Positions 56,020 through 64,000 of a stretch of DNA of 64,000 nucleotides are shown piece after piece. Source of the stretch: a virus (lineage: Duplodnaviria > Caudoviricetes). The position numbers and the translations under genes are program-made. The stretch lies in IMG/VR virus record IMGVR_UViG_2786546892_000017. One strand, given 5' to 3'. A model generated the notes under the pieces. That model did no database searches. It had not been told where the DNA came from and worked only from the letters and a program-made list of their open reading frames with translations. Within the stretch, counting starts at the first letter, position 1. Every line of letters starts with the position of its first letter.

Positions 56020-56739
56020 TTAGAAGGGGATCGCCCCTTGGAAACCGAAGGACTCGGCGGTTTTCATTTGGTCTTCCGGGGCGCCTTCGGGCATGACCCA
56101 CGTATCACAGGCCATGTGGTTGCCTGTCACCATCCAGCTTTCGCACTCACTGGCCGTGCCCGCGTACCACTTCCCGTCCGCGTCGGCCCATTGCCACCGG
56201 GAGCCGGGGGCGGGCTGTTTCGGGGCCGGGGGCGGCCCGGGAGGGGCTACGGGGGGCTTCGGCGGGGCCGATCTGCCGGCTTGCGGAGACGTCGGGGGTG
56301 CCACGGGAGGCGGCACTGGGCCGGTCGGGGATTGGACCGCGGCCTGGATAATCGACTCGGGCCACGCTCGGGTGCCTTCGTTCTTGGCCATGATCGTGAA
56401 CAGCTTGCCGACGAACTGCGTGGTGTCGAACCCCAGCATCGGGTCGGCCACTCCCAAGGACTTGGCCAGCTTGTACAGGGACGAGGCGTTCCCCTTACCT
56501 TGGACGCCCGCGAAGAGGTTCTTCCGGACGAAGGTGCTCAGTTTCTTGCCACGGTACGGCCCGTCCGCCACCGAGAACTCGAAGACGAGTCGCGGTGTCT
56601 TTCGTTCGTCGTCCGCCTTGTGCGCGATTTCCACCACGTCATCCAGGCGGCAGGTGTAGATCCCGGTCGGAAAGTCGTAGTCCGCATCATTCCGCTGAGC
56701 ACTGCCCGCGGCTGTCGTCGTGTCGATACGCATATTCAT
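56020..56739 (-). CDS. single-stranded DNA-binding-like protein
   Basis: PTGIYTCRL..V...LVFEFSVADGPY.G; Pro-rich linker; ends IPF; next to the helicase. Confidence 0.65.
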   Translation of the reverse strand: MNMRIDTTTAAGSAQRNDADYDFPTGIYTCRLDDVVEIAHKADDERKTPRLVFEFSVADGPYRGKKLSTFVRKNLFAGVQGKGNASSLYKLAKSLGVADPMLGFDTTQFVGKLFTIMAKNEGTRAWPESIIQAAVQSPTGPVPPPVAPPTSPQAGRSAPPKPPVAPPGPPPAPKQPAPGSRWQWADADGKWYAGTASECESWMVTGNHMACDTWVMPEGAPEDQMKTAESFGFQGAIPF

Positions 56740-56871
56740 CTCCGTTAACGTGTTACGCAACTCTCGCACAGCAACCTGCCGGCACACGCCGGCAGGTGTA
56801 TCGTTGGATTCCGATTCCTCCCCCGCTTCTCAACCCCTTAGCATGCGTTGGGACGGGAATTCGGAACAGCA

Positions 56872-58458
56872 TTATTCATTCGGTTCCAGATCCTGTTCCT
56901 CACTCTTGCCCAGGGGTGGAACTCCCGGGGACGAATCGAATGAGACTTTGGACCACCGAAACGGGCTGCCTTTGGTCCCAAGGCCCATCCGCTCGTACTC
57001 GCCGCCCTCCACCCGGCGGTTCAGTTCATCGATCAAGTCTTTCTTTCGGACCCCTTGTCCGTCCCGGCCCGATTCGGCAAGTGCGGACTGGATTTCATCG
57101 AATCGCTTCGATTCCGTCCCGACGATAGAGGTGAGCAAGGCCTTCCAGTCGCGGGCGGGCGGAAGAACGATCGGCGGTCCGTCGTCAGGGTCGCCGTGGG
57201 ACACATACCCGCTCGGCGTCAGTTCGATCAGCAATTTGGCCGGGGTCTCGCGGTAACGGCCGCCGCCGACCAGAACCCGGTGGCAGTCCTTTGGATCTTC
57301 CGTGTTCCGGCTGAACTCGATCAGGGTTTCGCAGAACGCCGGAAGTCCACCCGACCCGCGGCTGCCCGTGAATTCCTTGCCGCCGCTCTTCCGGTTGTGG
57401 TGGACCATCAGGAGGGCCGCGCCCCCGTTGGTGATGTTCCACACCGGCATAAGGGCGTCCTCGACCTGACCGGCGTCGTTTTCTTCCCGGACAGGCCAGA
57501 GCTTGGAAATGGTGTCGAACACCACCAAGTCAAAGCGGTATTCATCCACTGACTTGACTACCGACCCGAGGAACGCGGCCCATTCTGCGGGAGATGGTCG
57601 CCCCTTGAATGGCCGGCACACCATGCCGACGTGATCCCCGATCCCCAGGTCGTCGCGCCGTTCGGCCCACATCTCCTCATGCTCTTCCGACACGTACAGC
57701 ACACGGCCAGGAGTAATCGGCCGACCGAGGAACAATTCCGACCGTCCGTCGAACGCCCGGATCAGGTGAGAGAGTAGCGTCGACTTCCCGGCTTTCCAGA
57801 GCGCGGAGAGCATCGTCACGCCGCCGCGGGACAGGTAGCCATCCCAAAGCCATTTATCGTTCTGCGGCCGAAACCGCAGCTCGCTCATCCACCGAAACAA
57901 GCGGTCGGGTTCTGCCGGCTCGCCGGTCGGGGTCAGGATGAGTCCGGACCCGGTGACGTTCCTGCTGTGGGATGGCAGAACGATGGGAACTTCCGGCTGT
58001 CGGTGCCCATAACCCCGGTCGGCGAGCGCCCGAGCTGCGGCCTTGAAGTCGCCGCGGTGGTTGAGAGCGGTGAAGACCGCGAATCGGTTATAAGGCTGTT
58101 CGGCCACGAATTCCGGCACGCTGGTCGACCAGCACCAGAATAGTGGCCATCCGTTCTGTCGACTCGTGACCATCCCGATCGATGCCGAAACCCCGCCGTC
58201 TTTGCCGGGTCGCGTGATGAGTCCGCGGTCGTCCCCGGACTGCCGGACCCAAGCCCACCCCTGATCGAACAAGCCGGTTTCGGACCACGACCCGCGGCGG
58301 TTGAAGTCCGTGCCCGGGGAATCGTCGGACGGCGATCCAGTCGGGCCGGACGACGGATTGGATATCGGACGGTCGGGGGCAGCGAACTCATTGATCGCGC
58401 ATGCCCGTTCGACCCATCCGGCCCATACCTCGACCGGAATCTGATGGTTCGGGTTCAC
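56872..58458 (-). CDS. RepA/AAA_25-type replicative helicase
   Basis: WLWDGYL..GGVTMLSALWKAGKST, VLYVSEE, LVVFDT, MVHHNRK, SRGSG; GTG start overlaps the primase stop. Confidence 0.88.
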   Translation of the reverse strand: MNPNHQIPVEVWAGWVERACAINEFAAPDRPISNPSSGPTGSPSDDSPGTDFNRRGSWSETGLFDQGWAWVRQSGDDRGLITRPGKDGGVSASIGMVTSRQNGWPLFWCWSTSVPEFVAEQPYNRFAVFTALNHRGDFKAAARALADRGYGHRQPEVPIVLPSHSRNVTGSGLILTPTGEPAEPDRLFRWMSELRFRPQNDKWLWDGYLSRGGVTMLSALWKAGKSTLLSHLIRAFDGRSELFLGRPITPGRVLYVSEEHEEMWAERRDDLGIGDHVGMVCRPFKGRPSPAEWAAFLGSVVKSVDEYRFDLVVFDTISKLWPVREENDAGQVEDALMPVWNITNGGAALLMVHHNRKSGGKEFTGSRGSGGLPAFCETLIEFSRNTEDPKDCHRVLVGGGRYRETPAKLLIELTPSGYVSHGDPDDGPPIVLPPARDWKALLTSIVGTESKRFDEIQSALAESGRDGQGVRKKDLIDELNRRVEGGEYERMGLGTKGSPFRWSKVSFDSSPGVPPLGKSEEQDLEPNE

Positions 58459-58988
58459 GAAGCCATCCACCCTTCCGTCTCGAAGACGTAAGGCTCGTTC
58501 GACTTGTGGCACTCCGGGGGACAGCCGGGGGCGAGAACTTGGTGACCGGCACCGCGGATCTCAACCTTGGTATCGCCCTTAGCGTATCGGGACAGCTTGC
58601 CGCCACAGACTGATGCCGGTAGGCGAACCCAGATGTGCCTACCGCCGGACGGTGTGCGGACCACAGGGCAGATTGGCAGGTAGGCTTTCAGTTCGGGGGC
58701 GAGTCCGTTCAACCACTCGGCGAATGCGGACGCGCCGCCCTTGTTTTCAAAGTCGAGAACCACAAGGTTGCCACTGGCCGGCCCGGGGACGACCCCGATC
58801 CCCACATTGTTCCGGTCCTTGAACCACTCGACCAATTCGTCGTCGGTCGGAAGGCGGTCGGTATATTCTCGCCACCCGGAGTAGAGAGGAGCTTTGCTCC
58901 CGTCGGCTTTCACCGGGATCACGCTCAGACCGGCCGCCACGTACCGGCGGGCAACGGCGAGCATGTTGGGCGATGCGGTTGCAATCAT
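58455..58988 (-). CDS. bifunctional DNA primase/polymerase (Prim-Pol) domain
   Basis: GLSVIPV...KAP...W, GIGVVPG..SGNLVVLDFE, VRTPSGGRHIW. Confidence 0.92.
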   Translation of the reverse strand: MIATASPNMLAVARRYVAAGLSVIPVKADGSKAPLYSGWREYTDRLPTDDELVEWFKDRNNVGIGVVPGPASGNLVVLDFENKGGASAFAEWLNGLAPELKAYLPICPVVRTPSGGRHIWVRLPASVCGGKLSRYAKGDTKVEIRGAGHQVLAPGCPPECHKSNEPYVFETEGWMAS

Positions 58989-59163
58989 GGTGTCCTTCGT
59001 CAGGTGCGCGGCGGTCCCGAAACCCCAGATTAATCTTTGGGGCCGAAATAACCTACGTTCGTAATAAGAGGGCGTGAAAAGACACCGAACATGCCAAATC
59101 GGCTACATGCCAATATGGCTAGTTCGGTCCGACAAGTCAATATGGATAGGCCAAAATAACAGG

Positions 59164-59385
59164 CTACTTGCCCAGATTCTTCAACAGGCAGCGGATGTGT
59201 TTCGCGTGGCAAAGAGGAATATCGGTGTCCAGCCGTTCCGATCCTTCGAAGCGCAGATAGGTGCGGTATCCGATTCCGAGTAGCGCGGCCATTTCGGCTT
59301 GCGTCAGTTGGAACGACTGCTCGCGGATCGCCTTGAGTTCGGCGCCGCTGAGTGCTTCGGAGTTTCGTTTCGGTTGCCGTGACAT
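59164..59385 (-). CDS. XRE-family HTH protein
   Basis: LSGAELKAIRE...LTQAEMAALLGIGYRTYLRFE. Confidence 0.85.
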   Translation of the reverse strand: MSRQPKRNSEALSGAELKAIREQSFQLTQAEMAALLGIGYRTYLRFEGSERLDTDIPLCHAKHIRCLLKNLGK

Positions 59386-59786
59386 AGACCACCATTTTAA
59401 ACAACTCCCAGTGTTTCGTGTAGAACCGCCCGAGATTCGCCGCATTCCCGAATTCCCGCCTCAATCGCGTCCTGCCGCCCTTCCAACCACGCCCCCTCCA
59501 TCTCCTCGGCCGCGTCCACCTGGCCGGCGTCGATGAGGGCACGGAGGCTCAAGAGGATGAGGCGGGCGGCGGGAGGGGTCATTCAGCGATCTCCAAGCTG
59601 GCCTCGGGTATCCCGTCGTACCCCCGCTCCACACCAAATCGCACCGAGTACACCCGGCGACCGTCCCGCCACTCACCCACCCAGATCGTCCCCATTCGCC
59701 CGGGTTCGAACCCGCCGGCCCACTGAGTCAGTCGGACCTGTTGCCCGGGGCGGAACTGGTGGGGGCCGGGGAAGACGGCTGGTGAC

Positions 59787-60101
59787 TTAGCCAAGAATCT
59801 CGCCCTCGACCGGCACGTCCTCCGCCGGGGCGAACGTCCACGTCCCCCGCGCCCACCGCGTGCCCGGCAACTCACCCTCCCGGCTCGCATCCTTCGCGAA
59901 GCCCAACCGGGCCAGTTTGTTCAGGGTCGCCAGCACCAGACGACTTGAGAGCCGCATGTGCCGCGAGATTAAATCGAGGGTCACGGCTCGCATGCCGGGC
60001 TTCATGGCCCCGTTCTGCGTGTAGAGCGTGATCGTGTCGAGGACGCGGATATCGTCCGGGGTGAGCACGATCGAGCTGCGCGGGAGGTTGTTCAGGATCA
60101 T
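59787..60101 (-). CDS. winged-helix-like protein
   Basis: VTLDLISRHMRLSSRLVLATLNKLARLGF. Confidence 0.55.
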   Translation of the reverse strand: MILNNLPRSSIVLTPDDIRVLDTITLYTQNGAMKPGMRAVTLDLISRHMRLSSRLVLATLNKLARLGFAKDASREGELPGTRWARGTWTFAPAEDVPVEGEILG

Positions 60102-60134
60102 CAGTTAGGCTCCGTTGGATCGAATGAAAGTCAG

Positions 60135-60292
60135 GGCACCTGCGAGGAGTCGAACCTCGTGGACTGGTCTCGGAGGTTTCGGGTCGCTGCCGGCGAGGAG
60201 CCCTTGCGGGTGCTCTACCGACTACCGGGCACGCTCCTGTGTATCCAGCCGCCTCGTGCCAATCGCGGGTCGCCACGCTTGCCCCAGGTGTC
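60135..60292 (-). ncRNA. tRNA-like RNA (~158 nt): acceptor-like stem and T-arm around a large structured interior
   Basis: 5' GACACCTG pairs with 3' CAGGTGCC; perfect T-arm CGAGG-TTCGACT-CCTCG directly before the 3' strand; intergenic. Confidence 0.6.
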
Positions 60293-60519
60293 ACCAGTGC
60301 CTCGGTCGTCCCGGCACCCAAACCGTCAGTACGGCTCAACCCAAGCGTGCTCGCAAGCGTGACACTTCCAGTCCTCGCCGTCCCACTCGCCCATCAGTTC
60401 CGTCTGCCACTTCGACCCGCACTCAGGACATCTGACCGCACCGAGGCGGCATGTGAGCCAGAATGCTGACCATAGCCAAACCGGCCCAACGACTAGCCCA
60501 ACAGCGATGTAGATGGCGA

Positions 60520-60831
60520 TCATGACACTTCCAAAACGAGCGGTTCGGTTGACACTTCGCGGGCCTTCTGCATCAGCAGTTTGACCAGTCCCATGACGTC
60601 GGCCGGCTTCAGGCCGATAGATCGCACCGGCTTACCGAAGTCGACAACGACGGTGCCCGTCCGCGGGTCGGCGGCAACCGCAAAGGCCAACTGCCCTTCG
60701 TCGTGGGCACCTAGCCGTCCGGCCGGGTACTCACGCGGCATCTTGCCTTCGGATTGCTTGAAGAACTTGTCGAACAACTTCCGCTGGTCGTCGCCAGCCG
60801 GCGTGTGATGACTCGTTGACATACATCGCAC
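60520..60831 (-). CDS. conserved hypothetical phage protein
   Basis: YPAGRLGAHDEGQLAFAV...VVVDFGKPV..IG. Confidence 0.7.
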   Translation of the reverse strand: MRCMSTSHHTPAGDDQRKLFDKFFKQSEGKMPREYPAGRLGAHDEGQLAFAVAADPRTGTVVVDFGKPVRSIGLKPADVMGLVKLLMQKAREVSTEPLVLEVS

Positions 60832-60969
60832 CTTTCAAATTGTGTTTGACGGCCGGGAGCAACCCCGCTTATTCCCGACTCCGCACCGGTAGTCGCGGAC
60901 TCCACACCAGGCCCGCGGTAACGGTCAGGGTGCGGAGGTGAGCAGTCGCCCCCGGGCCGTCGTGTAAGG

Positions 60970-61893
60970 TCAGTGGCCGTCAAATAGTAACCCGGCATAC
61001 ATCGCTCGCCGGTCACACCCATTACACAGCATTCCCGTCTTGGCCAACACGACGCCATTCGGCTCGGATGGCGGCCGTGTGCCCCAGACCGCGTGCGTGC
61101 CACACTCTTTCGCGATCACCGTCAGCCGGTCTATTTCTTCGGCCACGTCTGGAGCGTATCGGCGAATCCTGTCTATCTCCCCAGGAACGGCGAACGCACC
61201 ACAGAAGCATTCCCCCGACATGCCCATCGTTGCCTTCAGTTGGTTCCGGGGCAGGTCGTGCTCATCCATGTAGATCCGCTGTTCTTCGTCAGTCCAGTCG
61301 AAACACGGAGCCGTCCAAACTCGGTGTTTATTGGTCGTCTTGCCTGACTTCTTGCTCATCTCACCGATCTTGATTGGCTCCGTTGATCCCATGCGGCGTG
61401 CGCTCTCCTCGCGCCTGCATCCAGTGACCAATGCGACGCGGGCGTTGGATGTCGTTTGGAAGGTCTTGCCCTTGCGCTTTTTTGCCCTCACGGTCCTATG
61501 CTCGGCGCACATCATCCGCACGCACCGCTCTTTGATCCGGTTGTAAATCCACTGATGCCGACCCGGGCCGGGGAACCCTCGCTCGCGAACAAATTTCTCG
61601 TAAGTTTCCGGGGATTTATACACCTCCAATTCCCAACCTAATGACTCGCAAACGGACTCTGCGAATGCTCGCGTATATTTGCTCCCGATGCCCGTATTTA
61701 TGTGCCCAACACGCCCCGGAAAACGCGCGTGCATCGAGGCTACATGGGAGGCACAAATCGAATCGTGACCGCCCGAAAAAAGCGGGATCATCGCCGTGGC
61801 ACCGGCCGCAAACGCCCTGTCGATCACCTCAAGCCCACTGGCCAGGAGTTCCTCCGGGGCGCGGGCAACATCATTTGGGAAAAGCGATACCAC
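60970..61893 (-). CDS. PAPS-reductase-family (PP-loop) protein
   Basis: LFSGGHDS, HINTG, GFPGP, VTGCRREESARR, SGECFCGAF. Confidence 0.88.
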   Translation of the reverse strand: MVSLFPNDVARAPEELLASGLEVIDRAFAAGATAMIPLFSGGHDSICASHVASMHARFPGRVGHINTGIGSKYTRAFAESVCESLGWELEVYKSPETYEKFVRERGFPGPGRHQWIYNRIKERCVRMMCAEHRTVRAKKRKGKTFQTTSNARVALVTGCRREESARRMGSTEPIKIGEMSKKSGKTTNKHRVWTAPCFDWTDEEQRIYMDEHDLPRNQLKATMGMSGECFCGAFAVPGEIDRIRRYAPDVAEEIDRLTVIAKECGTHAVWGTRPPSEPNGVVLAKTGMLCNGCDRRAMYAGLLFDGH

Positions 61894-62447
61894 CTTCAGC
61901 CCCTCGTTAGTTCCGCCTCGCCAAATCCCCCACCGCCATCACCACCCAAGTAGCCCACCCCGTTAGCACCGCCACCAGCCACGCCGACATCAGCAGGTCG
62001 AGCCACGTGCGGCGGGTCATCGGCGGCTCCCGGGGGCGTTCAGGACGGACTTGGCGTCACGTATGAACGCCGCGAGCGAGGCCATGTCATCGGCTTTGCC
62101 AATCCACACCGGGCAACGGTTGGACAAATACCAATGGAAATCATGCAGCCAGCACAAATTCCACGCGATAAACGTGTGCGCCCGACTCACCGGCTCGACC
62201 ACCACCCGGCCCCGCGCCGAGGCCTGGAACGCATCCCATACCCGCTGAGCAAACTCGTTGTCTGAGAGGTTGTTGTCGCTGCCGTTCTCGGCGATATCGA
62301 CCACCTCGACCGGCCGCCCGTCCGCCGACACGTACTCATGCCCGAGTGGGTAGGTCTGCACGGTGTAAGCGACATGGGCAGGAGGGTCGTACACGTCGGT
62401 CAGGCGGGTGGCCTGGGGGTCGGCGGTCTGGGCGTGGGGCATGGGCG

Positions 62448-62660
62448 TTAGGCTCCTCGAAGGTCCAAACGGTTCAGGTTTATATCGTGCCCGCAAGCCA
62501 CCGTCGGGCACGGGCAAACGAACGACGGCGACTTCGATGTGGCGGTCAGGGCCTTAACGTCATCCTGATCGCACTCGATTCGGCACCGACAGTTTTTACA
62601 CTCCCCGACCCACCTGTCTGGTTTCGGGGCGGGTAGGACGCCGGTCTTGATTATCTTCAT
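62448..62660 (-). CDS. small Zn-ribbon protein
   Basis: MKIIKTG...CKNCRC.IE...CPCP..ACG. Confidence 0.65.
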   Translation of the reverse strand: MKIIKTGVLPAPKPDRWVGECKNCRCRIECDQDDVKALTATSKSPSFVCPCPTVACGHDINLNRLDLRGA

Positions 62661-62663
62661 GTC

Positions 62664-62924
62664 TCACGCCCTCCCGTTCGGCGTCGGCACCCGCAGCAGC
62701 CCGCCCACGGGGTCGACCGAGTCGCCAACGTATCGCAACCCTTTGGACGCTTCCTCGATCCGTGCCGCCACGGCCGGCGGTGCGTTATCATCGCGATAAA
62801 TCGGCACGTTCCGCGGGCATTGGATACCGATGCGGACCTGACCGCGGTCGATCCTCACAAGAGTGATCACCACGTCATCGCCGACGTAAATTTTTTCTTG
62901 GACACTTCGGCTCAACACGAGCAT
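62664..62924 (-). CDS. csrA: carbon storage regulator CsrA homologue
   Basis: MLVLSRSVQEKIYVGDDVVITLVRIDRGQVRIGIQCPRNVPIYR; GGAGG RBS. Confidence 0.92.
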   Translation of the reverse strand: MLVLSRSVQEKIYVGDDVVITLVRIDRGQVRIGIQCPRNVPIYRDDNAPPAVAARIEEASKGLRYVGDSVDPVGGLLRVPTPNGRA

Positions 62925-62953
62925 GGGCGTTCCTCCGTAAAAGTTCCGATCAA

Positions 62954-63022
62954 GAGTATCGCTGGGCATCGAACCCCAGATTTCCCCGTTGAAGGGGCGG
63001 CCTACCATTAGCCGACGATACT
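62954..63022 (-). tRNA. atypical tRNA-like gene with a shortened anticodon arm; loop contains UCA
   Basis: acceptor AGTATCG/CGATACT, D-arm GGCT-AATGGTA-GGCC, CCCC-TTCAAC-GGGG, T-arm CTGGG-GTTCGATG-CCCAG; no encoded CCA. Confidence 0.65.
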
Positions 63023-63157
63023 TCCAACTCCGGGGTTGGCCTGACGGGAATTACCCGCCGCCGGGTGTCCAGCCCGGACCCGGTGTTTCACACTTCGACC
63101 CGTCCCTCGCCACCAGCCGCCCACGGGCGGTCCGCGAGGATCGGGGGAGTGGGTGTA

Positions 63158-63412
63158 TCACCACTGCTGCTTGTTTTCGCCGTAGCCGTAGCCGTAGCCG
63201 TCGCCGTAGCCGTCGCCGTAGCCTCTGCCTCCTAAAAATCTCCAAATGTCCAGCCATCGCCACGGCGTAGCCACGCCTACCTCAGCAGATGCGTGAAACT
63301 CGCCGTGGTCCTGGAGCCAGTCCGATACGACGCCGTTCGGCGCGGACCGCCGAAGCGCTGCGTAATCGCGAGACTGAAGAAGTCGACTGATCTGGGAGGC
63401 GATGGTGGGCAT
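63158..63412 (-). CDS. small protein with a degenerate TIGR02996-like motif and GYG repeats
   Basis: VVSDWLQDHGE; GYGDGYGDGYGYGYG encoded by a GCCGTA/GCCGTC hexamer tandem. Confidence 0.6.
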   Translation of the reverse strand: MPTIASQISRLLQSRDYAALRRSAPNGVVSDWLQDHGEFHASAEVGVATPWRWLDIWRFLGGRGYGDGYGDGYGYGYGENKQQW

Positions 63413-63416
63413 GGGG

Positions 63417-63734
63417 TCAGACTCCGGACGCGGTTACGGCGAACGCCTTCGCACAATGCGGGCACACTAGGCACCCGCCGATCGGCTTCTCCTCGGCCTT
63501 CGGCTCCGCGACGAGCGGTTCGCCGGCCGCGAACTTCCGCTTGTAGGCTTCGATCGATGCGAACGGGATCAGGTAGTAGCGGCTCGGCTTGGTCGCCCCT
63601 GGGACCAGACCCGCGTGGAGTTGGGCCATCAGGGTTGTTCGCCCCACCCCGACCGCTGCCGCGAATGCGTCGGGGCGGAGCAGGTCAGGAGACGGCGATG
63701 GTCGCGAACGCTTAACAGGTGGCTCGGCTATCAC
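63417..63734 (-). CDS. excisionase-like HTH protein
   Basis: LLRPDAFAAAVGVGRTTL...G.VPG....RYYLIPFASIEAY. Confidence 0.7.
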   Translation of the reverse strand: MIAEPPVKRSRPSPSPDLLRPDAFAAAVGVGRTTLMAQLHAGLVPGATKPSRYYLIPFASIEAYKRKFAAGEPLVAEPKAEEKPIGGCLVCPHCAKAFAVTASGV

Positions 63735-64000
63735 GATTTGGCCTCCTGTCGGCGGCAGAACAACTTGCCAACGCCGTCTTTGACGGCCGAAGTGAAGTCG
63801 TAACCGTCCGGGAACGCATTCTTGAGGCGAGCGCGGTAGTGGTAAGCGCGGCTTTGATTCTCGGTAAAGTTGGCAATCTCAAACCATTCGCCGGCAGATT
63901 CGATCTGCCGAACAATCCCGCACATGTCAGCAAAAAATGCGGCACCACTATCCACATCGTCTGGGTTAGCTGGTTCAAGTTTCAGAATAGTTTTGGCCAT
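63731..64000 (-). CDS. hypothetical protein
   Basis: ATG at the window edge; coupled to the next gene. Confidence 0.55.
   Translation of the reverse strand: MAKTILKLEPANPDDVDSGAAFFADMCGIVRQIESAGEWFEIANFTENQSRAYHYRARLKNAFPDGYDFTSAVKDGVGKLFCRRQEAKS

Noticed and set aside
60135-60292. tmRNA (ssrA)
   Set aside because: Too short, lacks the GGGG start and alanine-type acceptor, and has no evident tag reading frame.
63179-63223. GCCGTA hexamer tandem as a contingency locus
   Set aside because: The unit is a multiple of three and simply encodes a Gly-Tyr/Asp repeat.

Overview
This window is most of a temperate tailed (siphovirus-type) phage or prophage, about 64 kb and GC-rich. The host is very probably a planctomycete (Gemmataceae-like), judging from three TIGR02996-domain genes and the style of the accessory proteins. 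Most genes run on the minus strand. From right to left: an early/replication block (excisionase-like HTH, CsrA, PAPS-reductase-like protein, prim-pol, AAA helicase, SSB-like protein, a frameshifted N4C methyltransferase, dCTP deaminase, ThyX, a sigma-70-family factor), then terminase, portal, a large head-associated protein, prohead protease, HK97-type capsid, head-tail genes, tail tube, two tail chaperones and tape measure. Accessory genes (morons) are interleaved throughout the virion block. Structure the gene calls do not explain: (1) a ~240-nt RNA after groES that reproduces 23S rRNA helices 43/44 (the L11-binding GTPase-associated centre) with a large insertion; (2) two tRNA-like RNAs, one with a UCA loop; (3) two dispersed promoter classes lacking a -35 element, STCAGGCAAC-N9-TAnnnT (16 copies, mostly before morons) and TAGTTCCC-N10-CACnnT (11 copies, before virion genes, mostly leaderless), all downstream of the phage sigma gene; (4) twin inverted cassettes that share a structured 95-nt RNA and a 3' end but carry different membrane-protein genes; (5) a portal fused to an Acb1-like 2H phosphoesterase bracketed by protease-like K-[AGS] sites. 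All calls were made by eye; no searches or folding programs were run.
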